From NCBI GenBank assembly GCA_905616385.1, contig CAJQSS010000004.1:8185-40184 (forward strand): a stretch of DNA of 32,000 nt, written 5' to 3'. Made by a program: the position numbers and the translations under genes. Of the stretch, positions 8,058 through 15,200 are shown piece after piece. The DNA comes from an uncultured Candidatus Nitrosopumilus sp. (GTDB taxonomy: Archaea; Thermoproteota; Nitrososphaeria; Nitrososphaerales; Nitrosopumilaceae). Numbering within the stretch: the first letter of the stretch is position 1; the number at the start of each line of letters is the position of its first letter. The notes under the pieces were generated by a model. The model worked only from the letters and a program-made list of their open reading frames with translations. It was not told where the DNA came from and did no database searches.

Positions 8058-9005
8058 TTAATTCAATACATTGTTTGAATTAATTTTTTCAAGAAGTAAA
8101 ACTATGTCTTCATGTGAAACTAATTTAGGATTATTATCAAGATGTTTTTTATCAGTCAATATTAGATCAGCTGCATTATGAGAATTTGATTGTAATTTTA
8201 TAGATTCAAAATTTAGTTTTTTCACAATTTTAAGAAAACGTGAATAAAATTTTGAATCATTAAATTTATGAGCTACTGTTGTGGTAAAAGCTAAAGCATG
8301 ACCATGAGAAATACCTTCATTGGAAAAAACATATGATAAAGCATGTCCTAAAGTAGTGGAACAATTTCCAAAACCTAAACCTGAAAATAAAGAACCAAGA
8401 ACGATTTTTTCATTATCTTCATTTAATATTCCTGATTCTAAATAATCAAATGCTCTTTCACATAAGAATTTTGTATAAAAATTTCCAATTTTACTATCAA
8501 ACCCTTCACTACATTGAGCTAAAGCATCAATTGCAGAATTTTTAAAGACATTTTCTGGAGTATGAGAAATAAATTCTGAATCAACAATAGCAGTATTGGC
8601 AAAAAATTTATCATCATGAAAACTTTTCTTTTTTCCATTAATTTTTAATACTGCTATTCGTGTTACTTCACTACCACTTCCAAATGTAGTTGGTATCATA
8701 ATTTTAAATTTATTCATTTTTGCAGCACTAAATTTTGCTACATCAAGAGCACTTCCTCCACCTAAACCAATTATCGATGAAATTTTGGTGTTTGAAAATT
8801 CAGATAAAATTTTCTCGACCGTTTCAATCGAAGGATTATTTTCGACTTTATCAAAAAGAGAATAATTTTTTAATCTAAGATATTCGATCCATCCACGTTG
8901 TTTTGCTCCTTTAGATGTAATTAAAAGACAATTTTCAGGAAAATCATATTTTGATACAGAATGTTTTCCAAAAATAATTTTTGAAGGTTGTTTAATTATA
9001 TACAC
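8058..9005 (-). CDS. pdh: Iron-containing (group III) alcohol dehydrogenase; by context phosphonoacetaldehyde reductase producing 2-hydroxyethylphosphonate
   Basis: 315 aa. Has the GLGGGSALDVAKF dinucleotide/Fe-ADH signature and His-rich metal region LGHALSY...HGHALAF. It lies upstream of, and co-directional with, the MpnS-type gene and divergent from pepM. Confidence 0.75.
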   Translation of the reverse strand: MYIIKQPSKIIFGKHSVSKYDFPENCLLITSKGAKQRGWIEYLRLKNYSLFDKVENNPSIETVEKILSEFSNTKISSIIGLGGGSALDVAKFSAAKMNKFKIMIPTTFGSGSEVTRIAVLKINGKKKSFHDDKFFANTAIVDSEFISHTPENVFKNSAIDALAQCSEGFDSKIGNFYTKFLCERAFDYLESGILNEDNEKIVLGSLFSGLGFGNCSTTLGHALSYVFSNEGISHGHALAFTTTVAHKFNDSKFYSRFLKIVKKLNFESIKLQSNSHNAADLILTDKKHLDNNPKLVSHEDIVLLLEKINSNNVLN

Positions 9006-9067
9006 AAATATTGAACTAAAGTTAAAAATTAATAGTTAACTAGATGGGTATTCATGAATAACAGAAT
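9006..9067. promoter_or_regulatory. 62-bp divergent intergenic region, candidate bidirectional promoter for the pdh-mpnS and pepM-ppd operons
   Basis: This is the only non-coding DNA between the two divergent phosphonate operons. It contains an AT-rich TATA-like tract GTTAAAAATTAATAGTTAAC (9021-9040) with 5-bp inverted ends GTTAA/TTAAC, about 30-45 bp from both start codons. No transcript data are available. Confidence 0.3.
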
Positions 9068-9967
9068 ATGAAAACAAATGCAGAAATACTTAGAGAATTA
9101 CTTGACTCAAAACCTATTCTAAAGATTTGTGGTGCCTATGATGCAATGTCAGCCAAATTAGTTGAAAATGTGGGTTTTGATGCAGTATGGGCTGGAAGTT
9201 TTGCTATATCTGCAATTAATGCGGTTCCTGATGCAAGCATTTTAACTATGACAGAATTTTTTGATGCAGCTTCAAAGATGGTGAATGTTTGTAAAATTCC
9301 TGTTATTGCTGATTGTGACACAGGTTATGGTGGACCAAATAATGTAAGACATTTAGTCAAAAAATATGAAAGCGCAGGAATAGCGGCAATTAGTATAGAA
9401 GATAAAATTTTTCCTAAACAAAATAGTTTACTTGAAAATGGAACACATGCTCTTTTATCAGAAAAAGATTTTGTAGGAAAAATTATTGCTGCTAATGATG
9501 CAAAACAAAACAAAGAATTTATGATAATTGCAAGAGTTGAAGCATTGATAGCAGGTTTAGGAATGGATAACGCCATAAAACGAGCTAGAGCATATGAAAA
9601 AGCAGGTGCCGATGCAATATTAATTCACTCAAAAAAACATACTCCCGAAGAAATTTTTGAATTTGTTGATTCCTGGAATGGAAACTTACCAATTGTAGTA
9701 GTCCCTACCAATTATGGTACAGTAAAGATTGATGAATTAATTCAACATAAGATAAAAATGACTATTTATGCAAATCAAACTCTTAGAGCTGCTCACGCAG
9801 CTATCACCAGGACATTAAATGAAATGATAAAAGTTGAAAGTATGAGTGAAATAAAGGAAAAAATTTCAAGTATGGAAGATATTTTCCAATTACAAGAAAT
9901 GTATGATTTACAAACAAATGAAGCAGCATTAGAAGAAAAATACAAAAAATTAGGTTATGAGTCTTGA
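9068..9967 (+). CDS. pepM: Phosphoenolpyruvate phosphomutase (PEP mutase)
   Basis: 299 aa of the isocitrate lyase/PEP mutase superfamily (ADCDTGYGG). It carries the PepM-discriminating motif EDKxxxxxNS as EDKIFPKQNS, residues 111-120, nt 9398-9427. It is followed by phosphonopyruvate decarboxylase genes. Confidence 0.9.
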   Translation: MKTNAEILRELLDSKPILKICGAYDAMSAKLVENVGFDAVWAGSFAISAINAVPDASILTMTEFFDAASKMVNVCKIPVIADCDTGYGGPNNVRHLVKKYESAGIAAISIEDKIFPKQNSLLENGTHALLSEKDFVGKIIAANDAKQNKEFMIIARVEALIAGLGMDNAIKRARAYEKAGADAILIHSKKHTPEEIFEFVDSWNGNLPIVVVPTNYGTVKIDELIQHKIKMTIYANQTLRAAHAAITRTLNEMIKVESMSEIKEKISSMEDIFQLQEMYDLQTNEAALEEKYKKLGYES

Positions 9968-10449
9968 AAGAAAAAATTCAGAGAGATATTTTTGATTACT
10001 TTTCAAAAAATGGAATAGAGAATTTTATTGGTGTTCCAGATTCCACTATGAAATATTTTATAGAACAAGGTTTAGAACAAAAAAAGATTCTCATTACAAC
10101 CAAAGAAGAGGAAGCAATTGGAATAGGTGCAGGATTTTGTATATCAAAAAGCCCTACAATCATTTTTATGCAAAATGCAGGATTTGGAAATTCAATTAGT
10201 ACTATAACATCTCTCATTCAGCTTTATGAAATTCCTTTGATATTTCTAATAGGGTGGAGGGGATATAAAAAAAATGATGCGCCAGAACATTTAGGGTTTG
10301 GCAAAATTCAAAATCAGCTTTTGAAAATCTTGGATATTCCATTTAAGATTATGTCTGAAAATGAATGGAAATCAATATGTGATTGGTCATTACATAATTT
10401 GCATAAGAATAATTCTTGTGCACTAATAATTAAGAGGGAACATGAATAG
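9964..10449 (+). CDS. ppd: Phosphonopyruvate decarboxylase, alpha (pyrimidine-binding) subunit
   Basis: 161 aa. Has a TPP-enzyme N-terminal domain (FIGVPDS..., EEEAIGIGAG, MQNAGFGN), like the ComD/Ppd alpha half. The TTG start overlaps the pepM stop by 4 nt. Confidence 0.75.
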   Translation: MKEKIQRDIFDYFSKNGIENFIGVPDSTMKYFIEQGLEQKKILITTKEEEAIGIGAGFCISKSPTIIFMQNAGFGNSISTITSLIQLYEIPLIFLIGWRGYKKNDAPEHLGFGKIQNQLLKILDIPFKIMSENEWKSICDWSLHNLHKNNSCALIIKREHE

Positions 10450-11005
10450 AAAACAAGCCATTTCCACAATTGTTAAAGAAGTTGGAAACAATCCAATAAT
10501 TTCAGCTAATGGATTCATTAGTAGAGATTTGTATGAAACATGTGATAGAAACCAAAATTTTTACATGATTGGTTCAATGGGATTGGCATCTTCTATAGGT
10601 CTAGGAGTTGCACTAAAAAATCCAAAAATTAAGGTTTTTGTTTTTGATGGAGATGGAAACATATTGATGAATTTAGGATCATTAACAACAATTGGTAGTT
10701 TACAGCCAAAAAATCTAATTCATATCATTTTTGATAATAACAGTCATGAATCTACAGGAGGTCAACCTACACATTCTAACAAAATAAAATTATCGCGTAT
10801 TGGAAAATCTGTAAATTATAAAGTGTTCAACATAGTATCAAAAAAGGAATTAATATCTAATTTTAAAAAAATCATAAATCATAAAGGCCCTGTAATGATT
10901 GTTGTTAAAGTCAACAAAAGTAAGAAAGTTAGTAAGAGAGTTGAAATTGAACCAAAAAAAATTGTAGAAAGATTTACAAATTCATTAAAAATCCATTCAT
11001 CCTAA
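10442..11005 (+). CDS. ppd: Phosphonopyruvate decarboxylase, beta (diphosphate-binding) subunit
   Basis: 187 aa. Has the TPP-binding motif GDG-x26-NN (FDGDGNILMNLGSLTT...IIFDNNSHESTGGQ, G70-N100). The ATG overlaps the alpha-subunit stop by 8 nt. Confidence 0.8.
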   Translation: MNRKQAISTIVKEVGNNPIISANGFISRDLYETCDRNQNFYMIGSMGLASSIGLGVALKNPKIKVFVFDGDGNILMNLGSLTTIGSLQPKNLIHIIFDNNSHESTGGQPTHSNKIKLSRIGKSVNYKVFNIVSKKELISNFKKIINHKGPVMIVVKVNKSKKVSKRVEIEPKKIVERFTNSLKIHSS

Positions 11006-11132
11006 AATTTATTATAAATTGAAAAATCTATATATAAAAATAAAAATTGTGCCTATAATTCAGTTTTAGTTATTCATTTGAGATGATTTTCTGTTCCGAG
11101 TATTTATTATTGCTAATTATAAAATAAAAATT

Positions 11133-12710
11133 ATGAATATTTCCAAAACAAGTGTTTTTCATCCATTTTTGTTTGCTATTTTTCCAATAATTCATCTATA
11201 CTCAATTAATTTTATTGAAGTTCCTATGGATGATATAATTTTTCCAATATTTGTTTCAATTTTAGTTACTGGATCTTTATTATTTCTCTCACAAATAATT
11301 TTGAAAGATTGGACAAAATCATCTCTTATTGTTTCATTATTGTTAGTGTTGTCATTTTCTTATGGTCATATCTACCATTTGTTAAATGGAATGGCATTGG
11401 AAGATCTTGAAATTGTGAGACATAGATATCTTATGGTTGTATTTCTTGTTATATTCATCATAGGAACAATAGCCATTGTTAAAACACAAATTAAATTCAA
11501 TAATTTAAATAAAATAATTACTGCAATTGCAATTACTTTAATTCTAATTACAATGCCTAGTTTTGTATATGCTGGAATTTCTACATCAGAAATCAGTGAT
11601 GACATACAAGTACAAACAGTTGATGACATACAAGTACAAAATCCTAGAATAACATATGAATTAAAAAACATAGATAAATTGAATTCCACAGAAAAACCCG
11701 ATATCTATTACATTTTACTAGATGGATATGGGGGAACAGAGAGGATGAAACAAGATCTTAATTTTGATAATTACGAATTTCTTTCAGAATTAACGAATAG
11801 GGGATTTTTTGCTCCCGATTCGAGCTCAGGTAATTACCCCTCAACTAACTGGCAGATGACATCAATATTTAGCATGAATTATTTGCCATCTAAAGAAAAA
11901 GAACAATCAGACCCAGAGTATTATTCTTCGATTATTGAAATCTCTAAGGCAAATGAAGTTATGCGGAATTTTCATCATTTAAATTATGAAATTATTAATT
12001 TTCAACCCAAGGGATTTATCACACAACATTATTTGTTTAATGATCAAACTTTTTGTCAAAAAGAGCAATTAAAACAATCAAAATTTACTCAGATGTTACT
12101 TCGAACAACCATACTAAATTATTTGAATAATCAAATAGTAGTAAATGTATATAGAGAAAGTATTCTGTGTGGATTTTCAGAGATATCTAATTTGACGGAA
12201 AAAAATGATAAACCAATATTTGTGTATATGCACTTAGCAATACCCCATCCTCCATATGTATTTGGACCAAACGGAGAATATGTATTTGGAGGTAAGGTCC
12301 AAACTGAAGAAGGAAGTTTTGTTGATGAGGAAAAATACGTTGATTCAATAAAATTTGTAAATAAAAAAACTCTTGAAGTTATAGAAAATATTTTAAGAAA
12401 TAATGAAAACTCAATCATAATTATTCAATCAGATCATGGTTATGATTTTGGAATTAATTATGAAAATCCATCTGATATGAGTCTTAAGCAAAGATTTTCA
12501 ACTCTTAATGCAATATATTTTCCAGATCAAAATCAAGATATTCTATATGATGGAATTACACCGGTAAACACGTTTAGAATTGTTTTTAATGAATATTTTA
12601 ATGCCTCATATCCAATTTTAGATGATAGAATGTATTACCACCCCTACGGAGTAACTGGTATTTATACAGACGTAAAATTTCAAGATGTAACTGAAATAAT
12701 TTTAAATTAA
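11133..12710 (+). CDS. Polytopic membrane protein with C-terminal alkaline-phosphatase/sulfatase-superfamily domain (LtaS/EptA-like phosphotransferase architecture)
   Basis: 525 aa. The N-terminal 150 aa or so hold about five hydrophobic helices. The soluble domain has PDIYYILLDGYGG (metal-binding Asp), YPSTNWQMTSIFS (Ser/Thr nucleophile region) and IIIIQSDHGY (D-H metal pair). I saw no C/S-x-P-x-R formylglycine motif. Confidence 0.65.
   Translation: MNISKTSVFHPFLFAIFPIIHLYSINFIEVPMDDIIFPIFVSILVTGSLLFLSQIILKDWTKSSLIVSLLLVLSFSYGHIYHLLNGMALEDLEIVRHRYLMVVFLVIFIIGTIAIVKTQIKFNNLNKIITAIAITLILITMPSFVYAGISTSEISDDIQVQTVDDIQVQNPRITYELKNIDKLNSTEKPDIYYILLDGYGGTERMKQDLNFDNYEFLSELTNRGFFAPDSSSGNYPSTNWQMTSIFSMNYLPSKEKEQSDPEYYSSIIEISKANEVMRNFHHLNYEIINFQPKGFITQHYLFNDQTFCQKEQLKQSKFTQMLLRTTILNYLNNQIVVNVYRESILCGFSEISNLTEKNDKPIFVYMHLAIPHPPYVFGPNGEYVFGGKVQTEEGSFVDEEKYVDSIKFVNKKTLEVIENILRNNENSIIIIQSDHGYDFGINYENPSDMSLKQRFSTLNAIYFPDQNQDILYDGITPVNTFRIVFNEYFNASYPILDDRMYYHPYGVTGIYTDVKFQDVTEIILN
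11598..11640 (+). repeat. In-frame tandem duplication (period 24 nt, two copies sharing 19 identical nt) inside the sulfatase-like gene
   Basis: GATGACATACAAGTACAAA occurs at 11598-11616 and again at 11622-11640. It encodes DDIQVQ(TV)DDIQVQ(NP) in the linker between the membrane and catalytic domains. Confidence 0.9.
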
Positions 12711-12733
12711 AAATATTGTAATTTTTTATAAAA

Positions 12734-13207
12734 TTACATTTTTCCTTGTTGCCATGCTTGATTAAATTTTTTGATGGCTTCTTGATATGCTGTAATTGAT
12801 TCATCACCTGATGTTGTAAGAAATTTCTCCCATTGCCCATTAAATTTTTTTATTGATTCAATATTGGTTTCTTTGAAAATACTCTCAATCATTTTTGTTT
12901 GTTGTTTGATATATTCTGGACCAATTTCTTCCCAAGTATTTTCCCAACTTGTACTAACTTTTTTCAATAATTCTGAATCTGATTCTATTGCCTTTTGACA
13001 TGCATCATGATACGCCATTAATGTTTCATTTGTAGCCTTTTGCCATTGTGATAAGGATGCTTTCCATCCAGTTAATGCAGAATTATACTCTTTCCATGCT
13101 TTTTCAAATTCTGGTTTTTTTGTAGATGTTTTACTTTGTTTTTTTGGCTTAGAACTTGCTTTTTTTACTACTTTTTTTTTAATTTTAGATTTGTTTTTGA
13201 CAGCCAT
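12734..13207 (-). CDS. Hypothetical protein with a Lys-rich N-terminal tail and a Trp-rich helical body
   Basis: 157 aa. The N-terminus is KNKSKIKKKVVKKASSKPKKQSKTSTKK. Repeated W-containing helical segments follow (AWKEYNSALTGWKASLSQWQKA, SWENTWEEI, GQWEKF, QAWQQG). No recognisable catalytic motif. Confidence 0.5.
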   Translation of the reverse strand: MAVKNKSKIKKKVVKKASSKPKKQSKTSTKKPEFEKAWKEYNSALTGWKASLSQWQKATNETLMAYHDACQKAIESDSELLKKVSTSWENTWEEIGPEYIKQQTKMIESIFKETNIESIKKFNGQWEKFLTTSGDESITAYQEAIKKFNQAWQQGKM

Positions 13208-13525
13208 GTTTTTAGGTTTAATCTAATAGAAATTAAACTTTTTAATTATTTTGAGATTAAAAATTTCTTAATTTTTGTCAAAATTTTGATGCTTTAGAAA
13301 AGGTTGGAATGTGTGTTTCATCTTTATTTTTAAATAACTTGTAATGATTTTTACATAAATTCCTGGTTTCTTTAAAACTGATTTTTACAGTTTGGATAGC
13401 TTTTTCTTTACATTCTGAAATACTACATTGCAATATTGTAAATAATTGATATTTCCTAATAAAACTTTGAAATTATATAATTACCACTACTAACTTTTTT
13501 ATGATTGTAGTATATTGCAAAAATT

Positions 13526-13735
13526 ATGGATGATGATGAAAAAGGCAAAGAATTTTTAAAATTAATTGATGATCAAAATACTGTTCAATGGAATATTGTT
13601 GCAAAATTATCTTCTTTGGTTAAAGTAGAATGGAATTCTATCGAATTAAAAACTGAACTTGAAACTTTAGTTAAAGATCATTATAAAATTACTAAAGACC
13701 TTAACAGTTTAGATGATAATAATAGTATTTTATAA
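13526..13735 (+). CDS. Small acidic hypothetical protein (69 aa)
   Basis: ATG-initiated ORF in an otherwise empty region. Plausible helical composition and no motif. Its stop overlaps the ctaB stop convergently by 6 nt. Coding status is uncertain. Confidence 0.3.
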   Translation: MDDDEKGKEFLKLIDDQNTVQWNIVAKLSSLVKVEWNSIELKTELETLVKDHYKITKDLNSLDDNNSIL

Positions 13736-14659
13736 TCCAGAATCTACCATTAATGCAATAAATAAGACTGCCAAGTATGGACTAGAAAATTTAAACAATG
13801 TCCATGCAGCTGTTTCCATGGGTTTTATTGTAACCCAAACTGATAGTCCTAACATTAATGCACCTGATGCAATTGCAGTCCACAAATACACATCACCTAC
13901 CATGTTTTCACCGCTTTCAGTAGTTATGAAAAATGGTGCAATTGAAAATAATACCATTACAACAGTAGATAGTGCAATAGCTCTTGCTGATGTTTTTTCA
14001 GATTGTACTGCAGTTAACATTGGAACATTTACTTTGTTATAATCTTCTTTGAAATGTAATGTTAAAGCCCAAATATGCATTGGAATCCAAATAAACACTA
14101 ATCCTGCCATTGCTAATCCCATTGTCCATAAATCTGACATAGTTACTGCAACCCATCCAATCATAGGTGGTGCACCTCCACATAATCCTCCTAAAATAAT
14201 ATTAGTTCTAGAATTTCGTTTTAGTATATATGAATAAATAATAATATTGTTTACTAGTGCGAATGCAATGAAAATTGTTGCCCATATTCCTTGTTCCAAT
14301 GTTGTAGTAAATGAAATTGCAAAAGCCAACACTAATGATATTCCAGCTAATGCTAATCCAAAGTTTCTTGCTTTAACAGCAGGATAAATTCTCTTTGAAG
14401 GAAGGGGTCTATCTTTAGTTCTTTCCATAATTGCATCAATATCCCTATCATGATAATTTGTCAAAGTATTAGCTGCTGCAGAACCTGATGCTACTGAAAA
14501 TAACATCAAAGCCCATGTTTCTATAGAAATTGGAATATTGTAGATGTTTGATGCTGTTAATGCTGCTCCAAATGCCGTAAATACAAGTAAATACCAAATT
14601 TTTGGTTTTGTTAATTCATAATAAACTGCAACTCTAGAACTGGTTGTTTGTTTTTGCAA
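13730..14659 (-). CDS. ctaB: Protoheme IX farnesyltransferase (heme O synthase), UbiA family
   Basis: 309 aa with about 8-9 TM helices. Has the UbiA Asp-rich motif NYHDRDIDAIMERTKDRPLP and a second conserved block (W.MGLA..G..F.W..PH.WAL). Confidence 0.85.
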   Translation of the reverse strand: MQKQTTSSRVAVYYELTKPKIWYLLVFTAFGAALTASNIYNIPISIETWALMLFSVASGSAAANTLTNYHDRDIDAIMERTKDRPLPSKRIYPAVKARNFGLALAGISLVLAFAISFTTTLEQGIWATIFIAFALVNNIIIYSYILKRNSRTNIILGGLCGGAPPMIGWVAVTMSDLWTMGLAMAGLVFIWIPMHIWALTLHFKEDYNKVNVPMLTAVQSEKTSARAIALSTVVMVLFSIAPFFITTESGENMVGDVYLWTAIASGALMLGLSVWVTIKPMETAAWTLFKFSSPYLAVLFIALMVDSGL

Positions 14660-14661
14660 TA

Positions 14662-15129
14662 CTAGTCACCACTATTTGATGGCATATATGGCATTGCTTT
14701 CGTTCGTGATTTCATTTCAATAAATGACTCTGATGACTGAATTCCTTCAACTCTTCCTATCTTCTCTGAAACCATTTTATGCATTTGATCCAATGATCTT
14801 GCATACATTGTTACAAGTATGTCAAATCTACCAGTAACTTCTGCAACTTCTCTAACTCCATCAATTTTGAATAACTGATTAATTACATTATCACGTTGTT
14901 TGGTATCTATGTTAATCCCTGTCAATGCTTTTACTTCATATCCAAGTTCAGCATCATTGACAACTATTGTAAAACGTTCAATTAATTTTCTTTTAACTAG
15001 TCTTTTGATTCTTGAATAAACTACTGAAGAATTTACATCTATTTTTTTTGATAAACGTGGAACTGAAATTGAAGCATCGTTAGATAATTCTGATAAAATT
15101 TGTAAATCTAAATTATCTACTTTTGTCGT
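14662..15129 (-). CDS. Lrp/AsnC-family transcriptional regulator (full-length frame has no canonical start codon)
   Basis: The track gives only the C-terminal 87 aa (RAM/ligand domain) from an internal TTG. Translating upstream in the same frame, I get an uninterrupted, typical Lrp HTH domain: (T)TKVDNLDLQILSELSNDASISVPRLSKKIDVNSSVVYSRIKRLVKRKLIERFTIVVNDAELGYEVKALTGINID... It runs back to a TAA at 15132-15130. The first sense codon is ACG (15129-15127). Confidence 0.6.
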   Translation of the reverse strand, partial: TTKVDNLDLQILSELSNDASISVPRLSKKIDVNSSVVYSRIKRLVKRKLIERFTIVVNDAELGYEVKALTGINIDTKQRDNVINQLFKIDGVREVAEVTGRFDILVTMYARSLDQMHKMVSEKIGRVEGIQSSESFIEMKSRTKAMPYMPSNSGD

Positions 15130-15200
15130 TTAAAACACCTAATTTGATCAAGATTTCTGGTTCTTATAAAGTTATTATTGTAAAAATTACAAAAAATTCT

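Noticed and set aside
9021-9040. GTTAA-N10-TTAAC inverted repeat in the pdh/pepM spacer as a specific operator site.
   Set aside because: The arms are only 5 bp in about 80 percent AT DNA, so chance occurrence is likely. Kept only as part of a low-confidence bidirectional promoter feature.
9964-11005. The two TPP-subunit genes as sulfopyruvate decarboxylase ComD/ComE (coenzyme M pathway).
   Set aside because: They are translationally coupled to a PepM carrying the EDKxxxxxNS motif and sit opposite pdh/mpnS. No other coenzyme M genes are present. The phosphonopyruvate decarboxylase call fits the context better.
13526-13660. A possible C/D-box sRNA, suggested by GAUGAUGAUGA at 13529-13539 and CUGA motifs downstream.
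   Set aside because: The UGAUGA-like run is simply the Asp-Asp-Asp codons at the start of a plausible ORF. No properly spaced D', C' and D boxes or terminal stem could be found.
13713-14042. 109-aa plus-strand ORF overlapping ctaB.
   Set aside because: It is antisense to the UbiA-family heme O synthase, which has clear TM topology and Asp-rich motifs.
14662-14925. The track's 87-aa ORF taken as the complete Lrp/AsnC gene.
   Set aside because: Its start is an internal TTG (Leu in ...KALTGINID...). The upstream in-frame sequence encodes the matching HTH domain, so the 87-aa call is a truncation artefact, unless the start codon really has been lost. See the finding on the ACG codon.
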